NCBI GenBank assembly: GCA_036525415.1
Contig: DATDAL010000025.1
Span: forward strand, 11,038-75,037
DNA length: 64,000 nt
Direction: 5' to 3'
Source of the DNA: Terrimicrobiaceae bacterium
GTDB lineage: Bacteria; Verrucomicrobiota; Verrucomicrobiia; Chthoniobacterales; Terrimicrobiaceae
Shown here: positions 18,435-27,298 of the stretch, piece after piece
Layout of the letters: every line of letters starts with the position of its first letter
Numbering within the stretch: the first letter of the stretch is position 1
The notes under the pieces: model-generated
The model's database searches: none
What the model saw: only the letters and a program-made list of their open reading frames with translations
Told to the model about the DNA's origin: nothing
Translations under genes and position numbers: made by a program

Positions 18435-19556
18435 TTATGATGTTTTTCTCGATAACAATTGGATCAAGAGGCGAGCGAGAATCACCTCATCGGTCAGTGT
18501 TCCGCTCAAGAGTTGCTGGTTCGCGGCGGCGCAGGCGGCGAATCCTTCTTCCAGTTCCGCCGGCAAAAAGTGCGCGCCATTAATGGCAGCGATTCCCAGA
18601 GGATAGGTATTGATGGTGCCGTCCTTTTTTCTAGGAAGATGAGAGGTCGCTTCCGCGGGAAGGCGCTTTAGGGTGGCGGCAAAGAAGTGTGGCTGTGCGG
18701 GCGGGGGTATTTTGTGGCGGACGAGGAGATCTTTGACGAGAAGGAGATTGCGGATTGTCGGGACGATGGCCGCCAAGAGAATGCCTATGCCGCGTTCCCC
18801 CTGACGAAAAAGCTGGTCGAGTGTATCGAGAGCAAGTGGCAGGTGTCTCCGCGCGACGGCTTCGCTTAGATCGAAAATCCCTCCTGCTCGAGTTTGCGGA
18901 ACGAGCACGCGTACGTCGGCGCTGCTTACCGGGCGGGCCTTGCCGAAGGCAGTTTCGAGCTTGTCGAGTTCGCTTTCAAGCTGGAGGGTGTCGAGGCCGA
19001 CGCGCGCGGCCAGAATTTCAATCGCATCGGAGTCAAGCTGTAAGTCGTGTTCGCGGACGCGCGACGTCATCCACTCGACGATGGCCTCGTCGTCACCTCG
19101 AAAACCGAGATTCGGAAGGTCGTGAACTTCTGTGGTCCCGAGTTTCGAGAGGGATTTGAAGGCCGTCCGGCGCTTGTCGGCCAGTGGGGCGCTGAGAAGG
19201 AAACTCACCCTCTCTGGAAGCCCCGAATTTAGAATCTCGCAAAGCTTTTCAAGAGCTCCGAGGACGCCCTCGGAGCGTCCCGTCACGCTATCTGCAAGAA
19301 AAGAGGCGTTCTTGAGCCAAACGACTTTCGAACCGCCTAAAAAGGGAAGGGTGAGCAAGGCCTGGATGGTTTCCTGCACACATTTCGCGGCGGCATCAGC
19401 GGTGTCCACCGCACCGTCAATCGTCTCCAATCCAAAAACATCCGCGCCCGGGGCGAGTTCTCGAGTCAGCGCCAAGGCGGCCTTTCTCACCGCGGCCTCA
19501 TCCGACCCGGTAACAAAGTATATTCTAGAGGTCTGAGGCTTGGCGAGAGTCGTCAC
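18435..19556 (-). CDS. holA: DNA polymerase III delta subunit
   Basis: 373 aa. N-terminus IYFVTGSDEAAVRKAAL..., PFLGGSKVVWLKNASFL and overall HolA-like layout. 4-nt overlap with uvrB. Confidence 0.78.
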   Translation of the reverse strand: MTTLAKPQTSRIYFVTGSDEAAVRKAALALTRELAPGADVFGLETIDGAVDTADAAAKCVQETIQALLTLPFLGGSKVVWLKNASFLADSVTGRSEGVLGALEKLCEILNSGLPERVSFLLSAPLADKRRTAFKSLSKLGTTEVHDLPNLGFRGDDEAIVEWMTSRVREHDLQLDSDAIEILAARVGLDTLQLESELDKLETAFGKARPVSSADVRVLVPQTRAGGIFDLSEAVARRHLPLALDTLDQLFRQGERGIGILLAAIVPTIRNLLLVKDLLVRHKIPPPAQPHFFAATLKRLPAEATSHLPRKKDGTINTYPLGIAAINGAHFLPAELEEGFAACAAANQQLLSGTLTDEVILARLLIQLLSRKTS

Positions 19557-21721
19557 GTGATCGGCGTCTTCTTGCGACTCTTTCTGGGATACTTCATTCG
19601 ATCTCTCCTTGGTTCAATCTTGTACACCCCGGAGCCCGCCTTTAGCTCGGCAATTTGATCGCGAAGCAGGGCGGCTCGTTCGTATTCGAGGTTTGCGGCG
19701 GCAGTTGCCATATCGCGCTCCAATTCCCGGATGAGTTCATTGAGGTCAAAATCCGAGGGCGTCTCCCGTACGATCCCTTGCTCGACTTCCCGGCCCTTAA
19801 GGATGACATGCAGACTCGCCTGCACCGCGCGCCGGACGCTTCTTGGAGTGATGCCGTGTTCTTGATTGTAGGCGAGTTGGAGAGCGCGGCGATACTCACT
19901 GACGTCGAGGAGCCTTTGCATGCTGTTGGTGATCTGATCTGCAAAGAGAACGACCTCGCCGTTGACGTGCCGGGCGGCTCGGCCGGCTGTCTGGATGAGC
20001 GAGGTCTGGGAGCGAAGATAACCTTCCTTGTCCGCGTCGAGTATGCACACGAGGCTGACTTCGGGCAGGTCCAAGCCCTCGCGAAGGAGGTTAATTCCCA
20101 CCAGCACGTCGCATTCTCCGGCTCGCAAGCCGCGAAGAATCTCGACTCGCTCAATGGTATCGATGTCGCTATGCAGATAACGGACCTTCAAGCCGATGTC
20201 GCGCAGATAGTCGGCAAGATCCTCAGCGGTTCTCTTTGTTAGGGTCGTGACCAGCACTCGCTCGCCTTTTTCAATGCGCTCGCGGCACAGTTCGATCGTT
20301 TCGTCGATCTGGTGCTTGAGCGGACGCACCGTGATCTTGGGATCGAGAAGACCTGTCGGACGGATAATTTGTTCGATCACGAGAGGCGCCCCCGGCGTGA
20401 CGGGGTCGAAGTGATTCTTGGCGTCTTCTCGACTTGACCTCGCAAGGAGGGCGGGCGTCCGCTGCTCACGAAACTGCTCGCCAGGATTTGCGATATAAGT
20501 TGCATTGCCCACGACGCTATTGCGCAGCTCGAACTCCCCCGGCGTTGCGCTTACGTAGATGATTTGCCGGTTCATTGCCACGAACTCCCCGAAATTCAAC
20601 GGACGATTGTCCAGCGCGCTGGGAAGTCGGAAACCATAATTCACGAGCACGGTTTTTCGCGACCGGTCTCCGGCAAACATGCCTCCGATCTGCGGAACGG
20701 TGGCATGAGACTCGTCGATAACGAGAAGAAAATCCTCCGGCATGAAATCCATAAGTGTATAAGGACGCGAGCCCGGGGCTCGTCCACTGAGGTGGCGGGA
20801 GTAGTTTTCGATGCCATTGCAGAAGCCCATCTCCTGCATCATCTCAAGGTCAAATTCAGTGCGCTGCCTGATACGTTGCGCCTCGATAAGCTTGTTTTCG
20901 CGTTCCAATTCCGCAACGCGGTGGTCGAGTTCCTCGCGAATGGCGCGCGTCGCCCGCTGTAGCTTCTCATAGGGAGTCACGAACTGCTTTGCGGGGTAAA
21001 TGGTCAGTGTCGAAAACATCGAAGAGACTCGTCCGGTAAGGGGATCGAACTGGCTGATACGGTCGATTTCGTCGCCGAAGAACTCCACCCGAATCGCCTC
21101 GTCGTCGACCTGCGCCTGATGCACCTCGACCACGTCCCCGCGCACGCGGAACTTCCCGCGTCCAAACGCGATATCGTTGCGCTCGTAAAGCATGTCCACA
21201 AGCTTTGCAAGGAACGCCTCGCGCGTCATGATCTGCCCCTGCTTGATCGTGACCAGCATTTGCAGGAAATCTTCCGGCGACGCCAGTCCGTAGATGCAGG
21301 ACACGCTGGCGACCACGATGGTGTCCCTTCGGGAAAGCAGCGAGCTGACCGCGGAAAGCCGGAGCCGCTCAATCTCTTCGTTAATGGACGAATCCTTTTC
21401 AATATAGGTGTCCGTACGCGGGATATAGGCCTCCGGCTGATAATAGTCGAAATAGCTGACGAAGTATTCGACAGCATTTCGAGGAAAGAATTGCTTAAAC
21501 TCGCTGTAAAGCTGGGCTGCCAGAGTCTTGTTGTGAGACATGACAAGTGTCGGCCGGTCGAGTTCACGAATTACATTGGCAACAGTGAACGTCTTTCCCG
21601 ATCCCGTCACCCCGAGCAATGTCTGGTGGCGGTTGCCTGCGAGAAGAGAACGCGTCAATTTCTCGATAGCCTGGGCCTGATCGCCCCGCGGCTCGTAGCT
21701 GGACGCCAATTCAAACGGCAT
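19553..21721 (-). CDS. uvrB: Excinuclease ABC subunit B
   Basis: Motifs: PFELASSYEPRGDQAQAI, Walker A GVTGSGKTFT, DESH box, helicase C motifs, and the C-terminal UVR domain YERAALLRDQIAELK. The start is placed at the Met preceding PFEL (21721); the ORF is open to 21754. Confidence 0.96.
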   Translation of the reverse strand: MPFELASSYEPRGDQAQAIEKLTRSLLAGNRHQTLLGVTGSGKTFTVANVIRELDRPTLVMSHNKTLAAQLYSEFKQFFPRNAVEYFVSYFDYYQPEAYIPRTDTYIEKDSSINEEIERLRLSAVSSLLSRRDTIVVASVSCIYGLASPEDFLQMLVTIKQGQIMTREAFLAKLVDMLYERNDIAFGRGKFRVRGDVVEVHQAQVDDEAIRVEFFGDEIDRISQFDPLTGRVSSMFSTLTIYPAKQFVTPYEKLQRATRAIREELDHRVAELERENKLIEAQRIRQRTEFDLEMMQEMGFCNGIENYSRHLSGRAPGSRPYTLMDFMPEDFLLVIDESHATVPQIGGMFAGDRSRKTVLVNYGFRLPSALDNRPLNFGEFVAMNRQIIYVSATPGEFELRNSVVGNATYIANPGEQFREQRTPALLARSSREDAKNHFDPVTPGAPLVIEQIIRPTGLLDPKITVRPLKHQIDETIELCRERIEKGERVLVTTLTKRTAEDLADYLRDIGLKVRYLHSDIDTIERVEILRGLRAGECDVLVGINLLREGLDLPEVSLVCILDADKEGYLRSQTSLIQTAGRAARHVNGEVVLFADQITNSMQRLLDVSEYRRALQLAYNQEHGITPRSVRRAVQASLHVILKGREVEQGIVRETPSDFDLNELIRELERDMATAAANLEYERAALLRDQIAELKAGSGVYKIEPRRDRMKYPRKSRKKTPIT

Positions 21722-21871
21722 GACCGGCCAGCTTAACGAAAGGCGTAAGCGCACGCAAGAGGCTCACCAACCCTGGCCGGCCAACGAGCGACCCGGCGGC
21801 TGCATCCACGATTGCAATCTGGGGTTGCCGTGCGACGATGGGTCTGTGAAATACTTCACGCAAAATTGTCT

Positions 21872-23005
21872 ATGAATTGCCGTTTGATCTCGAAAGAGCT
21901 GGAGCCAATTTTGCGCAAGGTCGAGAACGGCCTTCGCATCTCGGAGGGGGAAGCGATCACTCTTTACGAGAGTAGAGATCTCAATGGTATCGGTGCGATC
22001 GCCAACATCCTACGGGAACGAAAGAACGGAAATGTCGCGACGTATATTCACAATCGCTACATTAACTATTCGAATGTATGTCTTCTCTCCTGCCAGTTCT
22101 GCGCGTTCGGAGCCAAGAAGCGTGAGGCGCATGCCTTTGAGTTTACGATCCCCGAGATCATCGAGACCGTCCGCAACGCGTTGCGTCACGGCATTACCGA
22201 GATCCACATGGTCGGTGGGCTTCACCCGACTTTGAAGGGCGAGTGGTATCTGGAGCTATTACGCAGTTTGCGAGCCCTGGATGAAAAGCTGATCATCAAG
22301 GCGTTTACCGCCATCGAGATCCGTCACCTCTCCGAGCGCGTCTTCAGGAAGCCCGTTCGCGAGACACTCGAGACCCTTCGCGATAACGGCCTTGGCGCCA
22401 TTACAGGAGGCGGAGCCGAAATTTTTGATCCCGAGATTCGTGACAAGATTTGCCGCGGGAAGGAAACTGCCGAGGAGTGGGCCGAGGTACACCGAATCTG
22501 GCATCAAATGGGAGGCCACAGCACATGCACGATGCTGTACGGCCATATCGAGCGTGCTCATCATCGCGTTGACCACCTGCGCCGCCTGCGAGAATTGCAG
22601 GATGAGACCGGCGGCTTCACGGGATTCATTCCTTTTGCTTTTGAGCCCGATGGAGCCCGCCCCGTTTTGCATGGAATTCCCCATGCGACCGCCTTCGAGG
22701 AACTTCGAAATCTGGCGATAAGCCGAATCTTTCTCGATAACATACCGCACGTCACGGCCTACTGGATTAGTCTCGGCCTGCCTCTTGCCCAGCTCTCATT
22801 GAGCTATGGAGTGGATGATCTTCATGGGACGATTATCGAGGAAAGAATCTTCCACATGGCTGGGGCGCGGACACCCCAGCAGCAAACTGTCGAGGCCCTC
22901 GAAAAGGCGATCCGCGAGGCCGGACGCATTCCCATGCAGCGGAACAGCTTTTATCAGCGGATTTCGAGCACGATGCCGCCGCCGCCGCATCTCGCGGCAG
23001 CGTGA
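21872..23005 (+). CDS. Radical-SAM menaquinone (futalosine route) enzyme, MqnE/MqnC family
   Basis: Radical-SAM motif NYSNVCLLSCQFCAF (CxxxCxxC) and an MqnE/MqnC-like N-terminus (ILRKVENGLRISEGEAITLYES). 4-nt overlap with the mqnA-like gene. I cannot separate MqnE from MqnC by eye. The ORF is open from 21812. Confidence 0.8.
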   Translation: MNCRLISKELEPILRKVENGLRISEGEAITLYESRDLNGIGAIANILRERKNGNVATYIHNRYINYSNVCLLSCQFCAFGAKKREAHAFEFTIPEIIETVRNALRHGITEIHMVGGLHPTLKGEWYLELLRSLRALDEKLIIKAFTAIEIRHLSERVFRKPVRETLETLRDNGLGAITGGGAEIFDPEIRDKICRGKETAEEWAEVHRIWHQMGGHSTCTMLYGHIERAHHRVDHLRRLRELQDETGGFTGFIPFAFEPDGARPVLHGIPHATAFEELRNLAISRIFLDNIPHVTAYWISLGLPLAQLSLSYGVDDLHGTIIEERIFHMAGARTPQQQTVEALEKAIREAGRIPMQRNSFYQRISSTMPPPPHLAAA

Positions 23006-23778
23006 GTTCGTTCGATTCCGCGCTGGCCGGACTGCGAATCGGCCCTGTTTCGTATCTTAATTCAAAGCCGCTAATCTGGGGCCTACACCGAGCGCTTCTC
23101 GACACGGACGTTCCTGCAGCGCTCTCGCGGAAATTTTTCGCGGGAGAATTGGACATAGCGTTGCTTCCCGTATTTGAAATCCTTCTGGCCGGTGGCGCAC
23201 GAATCGTCGACAACGTTGCGATTGCGTGTCACGGGGAGGTTTATAGCGTAATCGTGGCGAGCCGCACGGCCTTCGAGCGTTGCGAAACAATCTACCTGGA
23301 TCCCGCTTCGCGCAGTTCCTCGGCACTGTTGCGCGTTCTCGTTGCTGAGTACTATCCAGAGGGTCCGCTGATTGCCGCAAGTGGGGCCGTGCCAGAAGAC
23401 GGAGCGCGCCTGTTGATCGGCGATGCTGCGATAGAATTCCGCAGGAGAAATGGCGCCGCTTGGCGCTATCACGACCTCGGACTCCTTTGGCAGCAGCACA
23501 CAGGACTGCCTTTCGTCTTTGCCGTCTGGGCCGTGTCGACGCAGACGAATCCGGCCGTGTTTAATGCCTTGCGGGTCATCAAGGCACAGGGTCTTGCGGC
23601 CCGCAGACAGATCGCCTTGCAGGAGTCGGATCCTGAGTTTGCCCTCCACTATCTTACAGACTGCATTCGCTACGACGCGGGCAACGCGGAAAAAATGGGG
23701 ATTCGATGGTTTGAGAGCCTCTCGCGACGGCACGGCTTGCTTCCGCGGACCGAGCCAGCGAATCTTGATTTCTGTTGA
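23002..23778 (+). CDS. mqnA: Chorismate dehydratase (futalosine pathway MqnA)
   Basis: 258 aa with the signature LRIGPVSYLNSKPLIWGL and PBP-like fold length. Coupled to the preceding Mqn radical-SAM gene. Confidence 0.78.
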   Translation: MSSFDSALAGLRIGPVSYLNSKPLIWGLHRALLDTDVPAALSRKFFAGELDIALLPVFEILLAGGARIVDNVAIACHGEVYSVIVASRTAFERCETIYLDPASRSSSALLRVLVAEYYPEGPLIAASGAVPEDGARLLIGDAAIEFRRRNGAAWRYHDLGLLWQQHTGLPFVFAVWAVSTQTNPAVFNALRVIKAQGLAARRQIALQESDPEFALHYLTDCIRYDAGNAEKMGIRWFESLSRRHGLLPRTEPANLDFC

Positions 23779-23845
23779 TATCACGCGAGGCGAGCGCCTT
23801 GCACGAATGTCTTTCCTGCGCGCACTGACGCGGTCACCAGGACCG

Positions 23846-24304
23846 TCAGGCGCAACCGTCTCGATCTCTTCCATCCTGCTGGGTGCTTGACTGCCTCTGG
23901 CGAGCGAATTCTGCGAGGTGATTCTCTTGAAAAAACTCCGGGTTCCAGACTTTTCCGGAAAGAACGGACCTTCGAGATGGAGGAACGATAAATGCGAGGG
24001 CGCCAACGTTCGTTCCTGAGCAGTCAACGATTATCTGCTGAAGCTCGTAAAAATCGTCTTCGAAAGACGCAAGGCGTTCCCATTCGTTGCTGCTGATATT
24101 CTCGTAGAGGAGCCCTTCCACACTCCCGCCGTTCTCCGTGACGAGTCCAGGGAACGATTCTCCGGCGACCTCGAGACGCCGATAGCCACTGATGACGGCT
24201 GAGTGGCTGTCGGGAACCCGTCCAATCACGGATTTGATGACCGCTGGAAACATCAGCGTTCCGTACGCAAAGAGACGCCTTCCGCGGAACGGTACTTCTG
24301 TCAT
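23846..24304 (-). CDS. Gamma-glutamylcyclotransferase / AIG2-like family protein
   Basis: 152 aa with LFAYGTLMFPAVIKSVIG near the N-terminus, typical of the GGACT/AIG2 fold. Its start shares one nucleotide with the hemW stop (TGATG). Confidence 0.65.
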   Translation of the reverse strand: MTEVPFRGRRLFAYGTLMFPAVIKSVIGRVPDSHSAVISGYRRLEVAGESFPGLVTENGGSVEGLLYENISSNEWERLASFEDDFYELQQIIVDCSGTNVGALAFIVPPSRRSVLSGKVWNPEFFQENHLAEFARQRQSSTQQDGRDRDGCA

Positions 24305-25389
24305 CAGATAAATGCCTCCGCAACGGAGTCTGCCAGGAGTTTGCCCCTGCGAGTGAGTCGCCAGCGTCCGCCGTGAAGGGCAAGGAGCCCAATGCTCGCG
24401 AAAGCTTCAGCCTTGGACGCTGGGAGAAAGTCGGAAGGCACACCGCGATTCGTCCGCAAGGAGAAGGCAACGGACTCAGCGCGACGCGTGTGATCGGTGA
24501 GGGTTTCGCGAAAATCAGCGGGATCATTGCCGCCCTCGATGGCGCAAATATAAGCGGTTGTATCGCTGGCATTCTTCCAACGATCGGTGCCCAGAGTGGA
24601 AAACGCGCTGGGACCGAGTCCGAGAAAATCTGAGCCAAGCCAGTAGGCGAGGTTGTGCTGGCATTCCTGGCCTGGCCGCGAATAGTTTGAAATTTCGTAT
24701 TGGCAAAAGCCACCGCCTTCCAAAGTGTCGATAGTTATCTCAAAGAGGTCAGCGTCGAGCGATTCGTCGAGTTGAAATTCCCCGCGGCTCATTCGCAGAA
24801 AGTACTCTGTGTCCTCTTCGTACGTAAGGCAGTAGGCAGAGATATGGTTGGGTTTGAGCGCGAGCGTGTCCTGCAGGCTCGACCGCCACTGTTCGCGAGT
24901 CTGCCCCGGGATGCCAAATATCAAATCCAGGTTGATATTCTCGAATCCCGCCTCGCGAAGAATCTCGTAACTTCTTCTCGCCTGGCGAACCGAGTGGACC
25001 CTGCCGAGGGTTGCAAGCAATCCGGGGTCCCAGCTTTGCACCCCCATGCTCACGCGGTTCACGCCCAGATCGCGGAGAACCGCTGCCTTCTCGAGTGAAA
25101 CGGTGGCTGGGTTCATTTCCACCGTAAACTCCTGCAAATCGGAAAGGTCGATTCGCTCTTGAAGGCCGCCGATAAGATACTCCAATTGCGACGTGGAGAG
25201 AGCGGTAGGAGTGCCGCCACCGAAAAAGATCGTTTTCGGCCTGAGTCGAGCAGCCTGACGAGCTGCTTCGACGAGGACGGCATCCAGAAACCTTCGGGTC
25301 TTGTTGCGATCACTCGCTTCCTTGTAAAAGCTGCAATACGGACACACTTTCGGGCAGAACGGGACGTGCACATAGAGGTGTGCGATCAT
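24304..25389 (-). CDS. hemW: Radical-SAM heme chaperone HemW (HemN-like, oxygen-independent coproporphyrinogen oxidase family)
   Basis: Motif LYVHVPFCPKVCPYCSFY (CxxxCxxC) plus FFGGGTPT and a HemN_C-like tail. The start is placed at the Met of MIAHLYVH (25389); the ORF is open to 25530. Confidence 0.88.
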   Translation of the reverse strand: MIAHLYVHVPFCPKVCPYCSFYKEASDRNKTRRFLDAVLVEAARQAARLRPKTIFFGGGTPTALSTSQLEYLIGGLQERIDLSDLQEFTVEMNPATVSLEKAAVLRDLGVNRVSMGVQSWDPGLLATLGRVHSVRQARRSYEILREAGFENINLDLIFGIPGQTREQWRSSLQDTLALKPNHISAYCLTYEEDTEYFLRMSRGEFQLDESLDADLFEITIDTLEGGGFCQYEISNYSRPGQECQHNLAYWLGSDFLGLGPSAFSTLGTDRWKNASDTTAYICAIEGGNDPADFRETLTDHTRRAESVAFSLRTNRGVPSDFLPASKAEAFASIGLLALHGGRWRLTRRGKLLADSVAEAFI

Positions 25390-25430
25390 TCGGCTGGAAT
25401 TTTGAGGTAGATTGACAAGATTCACAGGAG

Positions 25431-26480
25431 ATGAAATTGCTTCTCGTTCTTTTGCTGCTGCTGGTTGCAGGTTTTCCAGCGGTTGCTCAGGATCGGGCGA
25501 AAGTTTATTACGCGATGGACGCGAATGCAATCGGTCCCCTCCGTTCCGTTCAAGCGCGTGTGGTCCGGAGGATGGTGGACAGCCTTATTTGCAGCCTTGC
25601 GGGAAGGCAATCGGTCGCCGCAGCCTGGAGATCTCTGGTTTCACCAACGGACAAAGTGGGCATCAAGGTCTCCGCGACGGGTCGCTCCGTGAGCGGAACG
25701 AATCCGGAGGTGGTCGATGCCATCGTTGACGGGCTAACTGAAGCAGGGGTGCCGGCAAAAAATATCATCATCTGGGACAAGAGCATCGAAGATCTTCTGG
25801 CGGCAGGGTTCAAAAACGATGGGGCGCGCTACGTTCTCGAAGGCATTGATCCAAAAACCGGCTACGACCAGCAATCCCAAGTCAGCGCACCATTGCTTGG
25901 CAAGCTTATCTGGGGCGATAGCAAGTTCGGAGATCGACGCGGCCAGCGCTTCTCGGACCTCCTGTCGAGCGGCGAGCAGCTCAGCAGCCAAAGCTATTTT
26001 GCTAAAGTACTCACAAAGGGAGTAACCAAAGTGATCAACGTTCCCTCACTTGCCGACAGTTATCTTACGGGCATCAACGGCGGCATTGTCAGCATGACAC
26101 TATCCAACATCGATAACTGGCGCCGCTTTGCAAAGTCCGCGTCGATGGGCGACTCTTATATATCCGAAATCTATGCGGACCCGATGATCCGCGACAAAGT
26201 CGTAGTAACTCTTCTCGATGCTTTGATTCTGCAATATGCGGGCGGACCGTTTCCCGATCCGAATTTTGCCATCGAAAATTATGTCATTTTTGCAAGCAAG
26301 GATGCCGTCGCTATCGACGCGACAGCAGCGCGATTGATCGAAGAAGCGCGAAAGGCAAATAACATGCCCTCGATCAAGCCGATGATTGCGTACTTGGAAG
26401 CAGCTTCTCAGCTCGGCCTTGGGGAGTCTGCGGAGTGGCGGATTCAGATGACGCGAGTAGGTGTCGAAGGGATCCGATAG
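25431..26480 (+). CDS. Exported protein, divergent DUF362-like
   Basis: 349 aa. Signal peptide MKLLLVLLLLLVAGFPAVAQ. VGIKVSATGRSVSGTNPEVVDAIVDGLTEAGVPAKNIIIWDKS and VINVPSLADSYLTGINGGIVSMTLSN resemble the DUF362 core but lack its K-T-H / KN residues. Confidence 0.55.
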   Translation: MKLLLVLLLLLVAGFPAVAQDRAKVYYAMDANAIGPLRSVQARVVRRMVDSLICSLAGRQSVAAAWRSLVSPTDKVGIKVSATGRSVSGTNPEVVDAIVDGLTEAGVPAKNIIIWDKSIEDLLAAGFKNDGARYVLEGIDPKTGYDQQSQVSAPLLGKLIWGDSKFGDRRGQRFSDLLSSGEQLSSQSYFAKVLTKGVTKVINVPSLADSYLTGINGGIVSMTLSNIDNWRRFAKSASMGDSYISEIYADPMIRDKVVVTLLDALILQYAGGPFPDPNFAIENYVIFASKDAVAIDATAARLIEEARKANNMPSIKPMIAYLEAASQLGLGESAEWRIQMTRVGVEGIR

Positions 26481-27298
26481 TGTCTTCGAAATCTCGTTTC
26501 CGGGATGCTGATTCAGGAAGCCAACTCTGTGCTGCGCTGAAGACCTCCTCGATCGACTGGGCCCTTCTCAAAGGTGTCTCGCGTTCTTTCTATCTAACGC
26601 TTCGGATTTTGCCGGTGCCGGTTCGTGAATCCATTGCCCTCGCGTATCTTATGGCGCGCTTCTCGGACACTCTCGCCGATGGAGCGAATAGCGATGCGGA
26701 AAGACAGTTGCTTGCGCGAGGCGAAGAGCTTCAACGATGGCTTGCCGGCTCGCCAGATCGAAGCGATATCGAGAGGGTTTGGTCCACGATTCGCGAAGGT
26801 CAGGGTTTCGACAGCGAACGCTTTTCGATTCTGGGAGCGCCTCCTCTTAGTGAACAGGAACTGGATCGCTACGCCTACCTTGTCGCTGGTTGCGTTGGCG
26901 AATTCTGGACGACGCTCTGCGCGAAAAAAATGCCCGGCTTTGCATCGCGAACGTTCGCGGAGATGACGGAATTGGGCATCCGCTTTGGCAAAGGACTCCA
27001 GCTCGTAAACATCCTTCGCGACCGTCAGGCCGACTTCGACAAAGGTCGCACCTATGTGCCATCCGAGCGATTCAGCGAAGTGCTTGCCGAGGCGCGCGCC
27101 CATCTATGGGCGGCACAGGAATACGTCCGCGCGCTAAAAATTTATCGCCTGCGTGTGGCGTGCGCGCTTCCTTTGCTCCTGGCTGATGAAACGCTCGATC
27201 TAATCGAACGGAATCCCTTGGCTTGGCGCGTGAAAGTTCCTCGCCGGAGGGTATGGGTTCTGCTTCTTCGGGCTCTCTATTCGGGAGGGATTGGTTGA
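26480..27298 (+). CDS. Squalene/phytoene synthase family protein (HpnC/HpnD-like)
   Basis: Motifs: SRSFYLTLRILP, first Asp-rich motif ARFSDTLAD, second NILRDRQADFDKGRTYVP. A GTG at 26480 overlaps the upstream TAG (TAGTG). The ORF is also open from an ATG at 26435. Confidence 0.78.
   Translation: MSSKSRFRDADSGSQLCAALKTSSIDWALLKGVSRSFYLTLRILPVPVRESIALAYLMARFSDTLADGANSDAERQLLARGEELQRWLAGSPDRSDIERVWSTIREGQGFDSERFSILGAPPLSEQELDRYAYLVAGCVGEFWTTLCAKKMPGFASRTFAEMTELGIRFGKGLQLVNILRDRQADFDKGRTYVPSERFSEVLAEARAHLWAAQEYVRALKIYRLRVACALPLLLADETLDLIERNPLAWRVKVPRRRVWVLLLRALYSGGIG

Noticed and set aside
21722-21754. N-terminal ORF extensions of uvrB, and similarly of lepA to 60050, ilvD to 29041, hemW to 25530, and MT-3 to 56694
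   Set aside because: The conserved N-termini (MPFELAS..., MSIERTRNF..., MSVKAP..., MIAHLYVH..., MTIDYSH...) begin at internal Met codons. The extensions are non-conserved-looking and in some cases overlap neighbouring genes.
23083-24027. 314-aa minus-strand ORF across mqnA
   Set aside because: It is antisense to the MqnA-signature gene, and it is Arg/Ser/Pro-rich with low-complexity translation.
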